Shown: positions 22,101 to 34,100 of the stretch, in pieces | Layout: every line of letters starts with the position of its first letter | Position numbering within the stretch: the first letter of the stretch is position 1 | Assembly (NCBI GenBank): GCA_965221695.1 | Contig: OZ244905.1 | Span: 1,024,001 to 1,088,000 of the forward strand | Length of the DNA: 64,000 bases | Direction: 5' to 3' | From: Gammaproteobacteria bacterium | GTDB lineage: Bacteria; Pseudomonadota; Gammaproteobacteria; Eutrophobiales; Eutrophobiaceae | Notes under the pieces: generated by a model | Seen by the model: only the letters and a program-made list of their open reading frames with translations | What the model was told of the DNA's origin: nothing | Databases searched by the model: none | Translations under genes and position numbers: made by a program

Positions 22101-25100
22101 CACTGAAGGAGACTCTCCACCGCACTCTATCCGAGTTGGTGACCGACTCGGTCGGCTTGCTCCGCTCGATCGATTTCAAGACGGGCACGGACGCGACCTC
22201 TACCGACGCGGCGATGCCGTTGTAGCCACCGCCGCTGGCGCTCAGGGCCACTGTGCCATTGCCGCCAAACGGCCGACGTAACTCAGCCATGTTCACGGTC
22301 ACGGTTTGGGGCGTGGCGTAGTTCGTGGTGGAGAAGCTCAGGATGACCGGGCTCACGGTCACGTCCGACTCGTTGCTGGCCACCGCCACCGTAACCGGGC
22401 CGCTGGGCGCGGTCGCCAACTTCACGGTGAAGGTATCGCTGCCGCCTCCGGGCACCCGGAGGCTGGTCTCCGACACATCAAGACCCGCGCCCGCCACGGC
22501 GATGGTGATCTTGAACGTGAGGCTCGCCGTGTCGCCGTCCGCGTCGGTGACGGTGTAGGTGTACTCCGTCGCCGTCTGCGGGGTGGTCGGGGTGCCGGTT
22601 AAGGTACGGGCAGTGGCATCAAACGCCAGACCCGCCGGCGGTGTTGGCGTTAAGGTATACGTCAGTGGGGCGTTGCCACCGTCCGCCTCCGGCAGGTTAA
22701 GCGTCGGTATCGCGGTGTTCTGCGTGTAGGTCTGGTCGGTAATCGTCTTGCCGTCAAAGCTCGGCAGCGCGTTCAATATCACCAATACAGTAGCCGTGCG
22801 GTTGGAGTAGTCGCCACCGCCGGCGGTCAGGGTGATGGTGGCATTGCCGTCAGTCGGGTTGGCCGCCATATTCACGGTAACCGTCTGTGCGGTACTGTAG
22901 TTCGTGGTGGTGAAGGTCAGCGACGTCGGGTTGACCGTCACGTCAGTATCATCACTGGTGAGTCTGACCGTCACCGTAGCGGTCGGTTCGGTGGCCAGGC
23001 TGACATCAAACGTGCCGCTACTGCCCTCGTTGACCGTCAGACTGCTCGGCGTTACCCGCAACCCAGCAAGCCCAATGCTTGTCTCAGCAGCCGGCCCGTT
23101 GCCGCTGCCGTTCACCGCACGCACGGCAAACGTGTAACTCGCGCCGTCCGGTAAACCCGTCACCGTGTGACCGGTCGTGGTCGCATCGCTGTCAGTGATG
23201 GGTAGCCAGTTGCCATAGCTGCCGTTATCCTGCTTGTAACGTACCTCCCACCTGCTCGCAACCGCTATCGCATCCCAGGTCAGGTCTACCTCGCCCGCAT
23301 TCGCCCCCAGCTCCGCGTTAAGGTTCGTCGGCGCCGTCAAGGGCACTTCAGAGTCCACCACCTCAATGTCAAACGTCCTCGTGTCCTCGTCCGCCGCGCC
23401 CGTCTCGCCGTCCGAGTCGGACACGGTCAAGGTGTAGGTCTGGGCCGCGGTCACCCGCACCGGCGTGCCGGTGAAGCGCGGCGCGCTGTTCTGGCCCGGA
23501 TCGACGCCGGCGTCGTCCGGACCGTCGCCGTCATAGGCCAGGCCCGCGGGCAGCGCCGACGGCGACAACGTGTACGTCAACTTGTCGTCGCCCGTGTTCG
23601 ACCACAGGAACTCCCGGTCCTCCGTCTCGCCCACCCTAAACGTCTGGGGCGCCACGGTGATGGAGCTGAACACCGGCTTGCTGTTCACCACCGACCCCTC
23701 GAACGTCAGCGTCGCTGTGTAGGTCTCCGCCGACTCCATACGGCTCGAACTCGTGCCTATCACGTCAATCACCTTGAACGTGAAACTCGTCGTGAAACCA
23801 TCGTCGCCCTCAGGCGGGAAGAACGCCAGCACCTTTTGTGACCGCGAGGACTGGATGTTCCACACCGACACCTCCTGGTTAATGCTCACATCTCTCACGG
23901 GCGCAGTCGACCTCGAGCCGTACGGCACCGTCTTCAATGCGCCCGTATCCGGCAACGACAGCACCTTCACACCGTAGAAGAGCGCCTCACTACGTGTGTC
24001 CGCCACCTTGAACGGGAACACGTTGTCGCTGTCGCGCGACGCCGGCAGCTTGGTGTGCGGCTTGGTCACAATCACAGCTATATTGTCGCTCGACGGGGTG
24101 GTGGTCTGCGGTGGCGGCGCCGGCGTGGCCGCGGCGGTGGCCGCCTCGCCGTTGCCGGCGGTGTTGGTGGCGCGCACTTCGAAGGTGTAGCCGGTACCGT
24201 TGGTCAGGCCCGTCGCCGTGTAGGTGGTGGCCGTGCCGTCGTTGAGGTTGGTCCAGGTGTCGGTACTGTCGTAGAACGGCAGGTCGGCCGTGGCCTTCCA
24301 GCGCACCTGCACGTCGCCAATCACGCTGGCATTGGTCGGCAGCGTCCAGTTGAGCGTGACCTGGGCGTTGCCGGCGGTGGCCGTCAGGTTGGTCGGTGCG
24401 TTCGGTACCGCCAGCTTCGGCTGGGCGCCCACGGCCACCGAGTCGCTGCTGCCGGCGGCGTTGGTGGCGCGCACCTCAAACTCGTAGCTCACGCCGTTGT
24501 CAAGACCGGTCACGGTGCGGGTCGTGGCATCCTTGGCCAGCAGGGTCCATTGGCTCCAGCTCGTGTCCGTCTTCTTCTTGTGGCGCACGTCGATGGTATC
24601 GACCGTGCCCTTGTCCGGCAGGTCCCAGGTCAGGGTCACTTGGGTGTCGCCGGCGCTGGCCTGCAGGTTGCTCGGCGCAGACGGCTTCGCCAACTCCGGC
24701 GTGCCCTCGACGCTGGCCGACGGACCCGTGCCCACGGCGTTCACCGCGCGCACCTCGAATACGTAGTCGGTGCCGTTCACCAGACCCGTCACCCGCTCCC
24801 GCTCCGCCGTGCCCGCCAGTGAGCGCCACTCGCTCCATCCAGTGTCGGGGGCGGTCTTCACCTTGTAACGCAGCTCCACGCGGTCAATCTGGTTGGTGTT
24901 CGTCGGCAAGGTCCACAGCACCACCACCTCGGTGTCGCCGGATACTGTGCTCAGCTTGGTCGGCGCACCCGGCGCCGTGGTCGGGGTCGCCGATATGGCC
25001 GCGGACGCACCGGCGCCGGACGCATTCTCCGCCCGTACCTCAAAGTTATACAGCTCGCCGTTGGTCAGGCCGGTCACCGTGTAGGTCGTGGCGTTCGCGG

Positions 25101-28100
25101 CCAGGTCCACCCAGGCCTGCCAGTCTTTCGCCGTGTCCGCCTTGTGGCGCACCTGCACCTTGGTCAGCGCGCCGGAGTCGGTCGGCAGGGTCCAGGTCAG
25201 GACAACCTGGGTGTCGCCGGGGGCCGCCGCCAGGCCGGTCGGCGCAGTCGGCACCGCCACCGGCGTCGCATCCACCTCCGCCACCGCGCCGCGGCCCGCG
25301 CCGTTCAGCGCGCGCACGATGAACGTGTACTCGGCGCCGTTGGTCAGGCCGGTCACTTCGTGGCTGGTCGCGTCCTTGGCCAGGTCAACCCAGGGCTGGA
25401 AGTTCGTTGCGCTCTTGACCTTGTACGCCACCTGCATCCTGTCAATCTCGCTGGTGTTGGTGGGCAGGTCCCAGGTCAGACCGACCTTGCCGTCGCCCGG
25501 CGCCGCGGTCAGGTTGCCGGGGGCGTCGGGTACCGCCAGCTTCGGCGTCGCCGTCACCGCCGAGGCCGCGCCGGCGCCGTCGGCGTTCACCGCGCGAATC
25601 TCAAAGGCGTGCAGGGTGTCGTTGGCCAGGCCGGTCACCGTGTGACCGGTGGTGCCGGCGTTGCTGCCGGCGATGTCGGTCCAAGGCTCGCTGTCAGGCA
25701 CGCTGGCGCCTTCAATGTAGCGGACCTGGTACTTGGTGATGCTGTTGTCCCGCGCATGGGTCCACGTCAACGTCACCTTGGTGTCGCCGGCCGTCGCCGC
25801 CAGGTCAGCGGGCGCGGACGGTACCTTGCCCGGCCCCGCCTCGGGCGTCGCGTCCACCTTCGCCTCGGCGCCGCGGCCGGCGCCGTTCAGCGCACGCACG
25901 ATGAACGTGTACTCGGTGCCGTTGGTCAGGCCGGTGACGTCGTAACTGGTCGCATCCTTGGCCAGGTCAACCCAGGGCTGGAAGTTCGCAGCGCTCTTGA
26001 CCTTGTACGCCACCTGCATCTTGTCAATCTCGCTGGTGTTGGTCGGCAGGTCCCAGGTCAGGGCCACCGAGCCGTCGCCCGCGGCGGCGGTCAGGTTGCC
26101 GGGGGCGTCGGGCGCCGCCAGCTTCGGCTGGGCGGCCACCGATACCGAGTCACTGCTGCCGGCGGCGTTGGTGGCGCGGACCTCAAACTCGTAGGTCACG
26201 CCGTTGTCGAGACCGGTCTCGGTGTGGGTCGTGGCGTCCTTGGCCAGCAGGGTCCAGACGCTCCAGGCCGAGTCCGCCCTCTTCTTGTGGCGCACGTCGA
26301 TGGTGTCCACCGTGCCCTTGTCCGGCAGGTCCCAGGTCAGGGTCACCGTTGTGTCGCCGCCAGCGGCCTGCAGGTTGCTCGGCGCAGACGGCTTCACCAA
26401 TTCCGGCGTGCCCTCGACACTGGCCGACGGGCCCGTGCCCGCGGTGTTCTTGGCGCGGACTTCGAATACGTAGTCGGTGCCGTTCACCAGACCCGTCACC
26501 CGGTAACGCTCGGCCGTGCCGGCCAGGGAGCTCCATTCGCTCCAGCCGGTGTCGGGGGCCGTCTTCACCTTGTAGCGCAGCTCGACGCTGTCAATCCGAC
26601 TGGTGTTCGTCGGCAAGGTCCACAGCACCACCACCTCGGTATTGCCCGGCACCGTGCTCAGCTTGGTTGGCGCGCCCGGCGTCACCAGCGGCGGCGCCCG
26701 CGGCGTCGCCGCACCGGAGGCTGGCTCGCCGTTGCCGGCCTTGTTGGTGGCGCGCACTTCGAAGGTGTAACCGGTGCCGTTGGTCAGGCCGGTGGCGGTG
26801 TAGGCGGTGGCGTCGGAGGACGGCAGGTCGGTCCATTTGTCGCGGGCGTCGTCGAACGGCAGGTCCGCCGTGGCCTTCCAGCGCACCTGCACGGTGACAA
26901 TCTCGCTGGTGTTGGTGGGCAGCTTCCAACTCAGCGCCACTTCGGTGTCGCCCGCCGTGGCGCTGAACTCGGTCGGCTTACCGGGAACCGCCAGCTCCGG
27001 CCTTGCGGCCGTCCGCGCCGCCGGGCCGGCGCCGGACGCGCTCTCCGCGCGCACTTCAAAGAGGTAGTCCTGACCGTTGTTCAGGTTGGTCACGGTGTGC
27101 GTGGTCACGTCCGCCGCCAGGTCGGTCCAGGGCTCCCAGGTCGTCTCGCCCCGGGCCTGGTGGCGCACCTGCACCTTGTCCAGCACGCTGGCGTTCGTCG
27201 GCAGGTCCCAACTCAGGCTCACCGAGCGGTCGCCCGCAGTGGCCGTCAGGTTGTCCGGGGCGTCGGGAATCACCAGCTTCGGCGTTCCGACCACCCTCGC
27301 CGCCGGGCCGGCGCCGGCCTTGTTCTCCGCGCGCACTTCAAAGAGGTAGTCCTGGCCGTTCTTCAGGTTTGTTACTGTGTGTTCCGTCGCATCCGCGGCT
27401 AGGTCGGTCCAGGTCTCCCAGGTCGTTTCGCCCCTGGCCTGGTGGCGCACCTGCACCTTGTCAATCTCGCTGGCGTTCGTCGGCAGGTCCCAACTCAGAC
27501 TCACCGAGCGGTCGCCCGCAGTGGCCGTCAGGTTGCCCGGCGCGTCCGGAACCGCCAGTTGGGGGGTTGCCTTGACCGTGTCCGAGGGCTCGCCCTGAAG
27601 CGCCTGCTTCGGCGTTCCGGCCACCGCGCGGATCTGGAAGGTGTACTCCGTGCCGTTGACCAGGTTCTCCACCGTGTGGCTGGTGGTCGTGGCGCCGCTG
27701 CCGGGAATGTCCTCCCAGGGATCAAAACCGTATTGGTAGAGAACCTGGTACTTGAAGATGCTGTCGTCCCTGGGGTCTTCCCAAATCAGGGTGACCTTGG
27801 TGTCGCCGGCTATGGCGACCAGGTTCCTGGGCTTGGCCGGCGGCCCGGCCGCTTCCGTGACGGTGATGTTGAACTTGAAGCTCGCCGTGTCGCCGTCGGC
27901 GTCGGTGACGGTGTAGGTGTAGGCCGTCGCATCCTGGACCGCGCTCGGGGTGCCGGTGAGGGTGCGGTTGGTGGCGTCGAAATTCAGGCCCGCGGGGGCG
28001 GCCGGAGTCAAGCTGTAGGTCAGCGTGCCGTTGCCGCCGGTGGCTTCAGGCAGGGTCAGCGTGGCGATAGCCGTGTTCCGGATGTAGTTCTGGTCGTCGA

Positions 28101-31100
28101 TGGTCTCGGTGCCGAAGCTGGGCGTCGTGTCGACCCGCGGCGTCGCCGTCACTGTGGCGGAGGCGTCGCTGTTGCCGCGGGCATTTACAGCCCGAATCTC
28201 GAACGCGTATTCGGTGGCGTTGGTGAGGCCGGTGACCGTGTGTGTGGTGGTGCCGGCGCCGCTGTCGCTGATGTCCGCCCAGGTGGCGGTGGCGGGCACG
28301 GTGGAACCCGCGCCGTAGCGCACCTGGTACTTGGTGATGTTGCTGTCGTTCGGGTTGGTCCAAGCCAAGTCAACCTGGGTACTGCCAGGGGTCGCCGTCA
28401 GTCCGATTGGCGCAACCGGCACTGTGGCTGGGGTCGCGGTTTTGAAAATAACCTTTTGATTGCCGATAGCGTTCTCAATGTGGAAGTCATTGTCGTTCAG
28501 CGTGGTTAGCAGGGTACCCGAGAACGTCGCCTTGTCTCCTGTTGGGTCGTAGATGTTACCGGTGAGATTGGCCTTGTCTATGAATAGCAACTTATAGTAA
28601 CTATTAAGCCGGATGTTAAATTCGGTGCTGTAGTTATTCAGGAATTCGAGTGCTGAATAACCGGAGTAAGAGCTCAATCCAGTTGTCACGAAGGCCGGGA
28701 GCGAACGGTACTCGCGAAGCGGTGTGGGATCCTCGAACGGAACAGAAACTTGCCACTTCTCAAATTCATCATTTATTAGGATAAGTGTTCCTGCTCCCCC
28801 AATCCTCTGCCTTGTTGTATCCCCTCTATCACTGAAGCCCGACACGTCCAAGCTGCCCGAGGCCGCAACGGTCACGGTGCTGCCGTCATCCGAGAAAGTG
28901 AGGGTCAGTGTGCGCGCCGGGGTCGGCGCCATCGGCGTGGCCGCGGCGGTGGCCGCCTCGCCGTTGCCGGCGGTGTTGGTGGCGCGCACGGCAAACGTGT
29001 AGCCGGTGCCGTTGGTCAGGCTGGTGGCGGTGTAAGTGGTGGCAGTGCCGGCGAGGTCGGTCCAGGCGTCGGTGGCGTCGTTGAACGGCAGGTCGGCGGT
29101 GGCCTTCCAGCGCACCTGCACGGCGCCGATCACGCTGGCGTTGGTCGGCAGGGTCCAGTTGAGCGTGACCTGGGCGTTGCCGGCGGTGGCCGTCAGGTTC
29201 GTCGGCGTGTCCGGGACCGCCAGCTTCGGCTGTGCCGTCGTATCCACGGAGTCGCTGCTGCCAGCGGCGTTGGTGGCGCGGACCTCAAACTCGTAGCTCA
29301 CGCCGTTGTCGAGGCCGGTCACGGTGCGGGTGGTGGCGTCCTTGGCCAGCAGGGTCCATTGGCTCCAGGCCGTGTCCGTCTTCTTCTTGTGGCGCACGTC
29401 GATGCTGTCGACCGTGCCCTTGTCCGGCAGGTCCCAGGTCAGGGTCACTTGGGTGTCGCCGGCGCTGGCCTGCAGGTTGCTCGGGGACGACGGCTTCGCC
29501 AGCTCCGGCGTGCCCTCGACGCTGGCCGACGGACCCGTGCCCACGGTGTTCACTGCGCGCACCTCGAACAGGTAGTCGGTGCCGTTGGTCAGACCCGTCA
29601 CCCGCTCCCGCTCCGCGGTGCCCGCCAACGAGCGCCACTCGCTCCAGCCGGTGTCGGGGGCCGTCTTCACCTTGTAACGCAGCTCCACGCGGTCAATCTG
29701 GTTGGTGTTCGTCGGCAAGGTCCACAGCACCACCACCTCGGTGTCGCCGGATACTGTGCTCAGCTTGGTCGGCGCACCCGGCGCCGTGGTCGGGGTCGCT
29801 GATATGGCCGCGGACGCACCGGCGCCAGACGCGTTCTCCGCCCGTACCTCAAAGTTGTACAGATCGCCGTTGGTCAGGCCGGTCACCGTGTAGGTCGTGG
29901 CGTTCGCGGCCAGGTCCACCCAGGCCTGCCAGTCTTTCGCCGTGTCCGCCTTGTAGCGCACCTGCACCTTGGTCAGCGCGCCGGCGTTTGCCGGCAGGGT
30001 CCAGGTCAGGACAACCTGCGTGTCGCCGGGGGCCGCCGCCAGGCCGGTCGGCGCCGACGGCACCGCCACCGGCGTCGCATCCACCTCCGCCACCGCGCCG
30101 CGGCCGGCGCCGTTCAGCGCACGCACGATAAACGTGTACTCGGCGCCGTTGGTCAGGCCGGTGACTTCGTGGCTGGTCGCGTCCTTCGCCAGGTCAACCC
30201 AGGGCTGGAAGTTCGCCGCGCTCTTGACCTTGTACGCCACCTGCATCCTGTCAATCTCGCTGGTGTTGGTCGGCAGGTCCCAGGTCAGGCCGACCTTGCC
30301 GTCGCCCGGCGCCGCGGTCAGGTTGCCGGGGGCGTCGGGCACCGCCAGCTTCGGCGTCGCCGTCACCGCAGAGGCCGCGCCGGCGCCGTCGGCGTTCACC
30401 GCGCGAATCTCAAAGGCGTGCAGGGTGTCGTTGGCCAGGCCGGTCACCGTGTGACCGGTGGTGCCGGCGTTGCTGCCGGCGATGTCGGTCCAGCTCTCGG
30501 TGCCGGGCACGGACGCGCCTTCGGCGTAGCGGAACTGGTACCTGGTGATGCTGTTGTCCCGGGACTGGGTCCACGCCAGCGTCACCTTGGTGTCGCCGGC
30601 CGTCGCCGCCAGGTCAGCGGGCGCGGACGGTACCTTGCCCGGCCCCGCCTCGGGCGTCGCGTCCACCTTCGCCTCGGCGCCGCGGCCGGCGCCGTTCAGC
30701 GCACGCACGATGAAGTTGTACTCGGTGCCGTTGGTCAGGCCGGTGACGTCGTAACTGGTCGCATCCTTCGCCAGGTCAACCCAGGGCAGGTAGTTGGCCG
30801 CGCCCGACTCCCTGTAGGCGACCTGCATCTTGTCAATCTCGCTGGTGTTGGTCGGCAGGTCCCAGGTCAGGGCCACCGAGCCGTCGCCCGCAGCGGCGGT
30901 CAGGTTGCCGGGGGCGTCCGGGACCGCCAGCTTCGGCTGGGCGTCCACCGCCACCGAGTCGCTGCTGCCGGCGGTGTTGGTGGCGCGGACCTCAAACTCG
31001 TAGGTCACGCCGTTGTCAAGACCGGTCTCAGTGTGGGTCGTGGCGTCCGCGGCCAGGTCGGTCCAGGGCGCCCAGGTCGTCTCGCCCCGGGCCTGGTGGC

Positions 31101-34100
31101 GCACCTGCACCTTGTCCAGCACGCTGGCGTTCGTCGGCAGATCCCAACTCAGGCTCACCGAGCGGTCGCCCGCAGTGGCCGTCAGGTTGTCCGGGGCATC
31201 CGGAACCGCCACTTGGGGCGTCGCCTTGATCGCGTCCGAGGCGTAGCCCGGAAGGCTGCCGGCCACGGCGCGGATCTGGAAGGTGTACTCGGTGCCGTTG
31301 GTCAGGCCGGTCACCGTATGGGTGATGGTGGTGGCGCCGCTGCCGGGTATGTCATCCCACAGGTCAAAGCCCACGTTTTCAAAGTCGAATATCTGGTACT
31401 TGGTGATGCTATCGTCCCTGGGATCTTCCCAGATCAGGGTGACTTCCGTGTCGCCGGCTATGGCGGTAAAGTTTCTGGGCTTGGCAGGCCGCTCCGGCGG
31501 TTCCGTGATGGTGATATTGAACGTGAGGCTCGCCGTGTCGCCGTCGGCGTCGGTGGCGGTGTAGGTGTACTGCGTCGCATCCTGGACCGCGCTCGGCGTA
31601 CCGGTGAGGGTGCGGTTGGTGGCGTCGAAATTCAGGCCCGCGGGGGCGGCCGGGGTCAAGCTGTAGGTCAAGGTGCCGTTGCCGCCGGTGGCTTCGGGCA
31701 GGGTCAGCGTAGCGATGGCCGTGTTCCGGATGTAGTTCTGGTCGTCGATAGTCTCGGTGCCGAAGCTGGGCGTGGTGTCGACCCGCGGCGTCGCGGTGAC
31801 GGTGTCCGAGGCGTCGCTGTTGCCGCCGTTGTTCACCGCCCGGATCTGGAACGCGTATTGCTGGCCGTTGATGAGGTCCGTCACCTTGTGGCTGGTGGTG
31901 CCGGCGCCGCTGCCGGTGATGTCGGCCCAGGCGGTGCTGCCGGGCACGCTTGCGCCTTGCGCCTGGCGGAGCTGGTACTTGGTGATGCTGGAATCGTTCG
32001 GGTTGTTCCAGCTCAGGGTGACTTCGGTGTCGCCGGGCGCGGCGGCCAGGTTGGCGGGCGCGGCGGGTACCGGCGGCGGTGTTGCCGTGTAAACGATCTT
32101 CTGATTGCCAAACGCAAGCTCGATGTGGAAATCGTTGTCGCCCAAGCTATCGAGCACGGTGCCGGAGTACGTTACCGTCTTGCCCGTCGGGTTATAGATG
32201 TCCCCGTTGAGGCTGGCCTTGTCCACGATCATGTACTTGCGGTAGGTGTTGAACAGGATGGTGAAATCGTTGCTGTAGTTGGCCAGGTTTAATATTTCGT
32301 TGTAACCCGTGAAGGAACTCCTACCGGTCTTGGTGAAGTCCGGCAGATCCTCGTAGCGCCTCGATGGGGCGCCGTTGGCGAGCGACGCCGGATGAAAAGC
32401 CCAGAGTTCATCGGTATCGTCTATTTTGATGTAAATGACGTGTTCCGGCACGGTATCCCCGACATCTGTGAAGCCAGACATATCCAGGCTTCCGGAGGCG
32501 GCAATGGTGGTGGTGGCGCCATCGTCGGAGAAGGTGAAGGTCAGCGTGCGCGCCGGCGTCGAGGGCGCCATCGGTGTGGCCGCGGCAGTGGCCGCGGGGC
32601 CGTCGCCGGCGGTGTTGGTGGCGCGCACTGCGAAGGTGTAGCCGGTGCCGTTGGTCAGGCCGGTGGCGGTGTAAGTGGTGGCCGTGCCGTCGTTGAGGTT
32701 GGTCCAGGTGTCGGTACTGTCGTTGAACGGCAGGTCGGCCGTGGCCTTCCAGCGCACCTGCACGTCGCCAATCACGCTGGCATTGGTCGGCAGCGTCCAG
32801 TTGAGCGTGACCTGGGCGTTGCCGGCGGTGGCCGTCAGGTTCGTCGGCGCGTTCGGTACCGCCAGCTTCGGCTGTGCCGTCGTATCCACCGACGCACTGC
32901 TGCCCGCGGTGTTCGTCGCGCGTACCTGGAACTCATACACCACACCATTGTCCAGACCCGTGACCGTGTACGTGGTCGCATCCGCAGCCAGCGCCGTCCA
33001 GTCATCCGCCCAGTTGTCGGTCTTCTTCTTGTAACGCACATCAATACTGTCTATCACCGCACCCTTGTCCGGCAGGTCCCAGGTCAGGATCACTTGGGTG
33101 TCGCCGCCATCGGCCTGCAGGTTGCTCGGCGCAGACGGCTTCGCCAGCTCCGGCGTGCCCTCGACGCTGGCCGACGGACCCGTGCCCACGGTGTTCACCG
33201 CGCGCACCTCGAATACGTAGTCGGTGCCGTTGGTCAGGCCCGTCACCCGCTCCCGTTCCGCCGTGCCCGCCAACGAGCGCCATTCGCTCCAGCCGGTGTC
33301 AGGGGCGGTCTTCACCTTGTAACGCAGCTCGACGCGGTCAATCTGGTTGGTGTTCGTCGGCAAGGTCCACAGCACCACCACCTCGGTGTCGCCCGGCACC
33401 GTGCTCAGCTTGGTCGGCGCGCCCGGCGCCGTGGTCGGGGTCGCCGATATGGCCGCGGACGCACCGGCGCCAGACGCGTTCTCCGCCCGTACCTCGAAGT
33501 TATACAGCTCGCCGTTGGTCAGACCCGTCACCGTGTAGGTCGTGGCGTTCGCCGCCAGGTCCACCCAGGCCTGCCAGTCTTTCGCCGTGTCCGCCTTGTG
33601 GCGCACCTGCACCTTGGTCAGCGCGCCGGCGTTTGCCGGCAGCGTCCAGCTCAGGACGACCTGGGTGTCGCCGGGGGCCGCCGTTAAGCCGGTCGGCGCC
33701 AACGGTACCGCCACCGGCGTCGCATCCACCTCCGCCACCGCGCCGCGGCCCGCGCCGTTCAGCGCACGCACGATGAACGTGTACTCGGTGCCGTTGGTCA
33801 GGCCGGTGACGTCGTGGCTGGTCGCATCCTTCGCCAGGTCCACCCAGGGCTGGAAGTTCGTTGCGCTCTTGACCTTGTACGCCACCTGCATCCTGTCAAT
33901 CTCGCTGGTGTTGGTCGGCAGGTCCCAGGTCAGGCCGACCTTGCCGTCGCCCGGCGCCGCGGTCAGGTTGCCGGGGGCGTCGGGCACCGCCAGCTTCGGC
34001 TGGGCGTCCACCGCCACCGAGTCGCTGCTGCCCGCCGTGTTCGTGGCGCGGACCTCAAACTCGTAGGTCACGCCGTTGTCAAGGCCGGTCTCGGTGTGGG

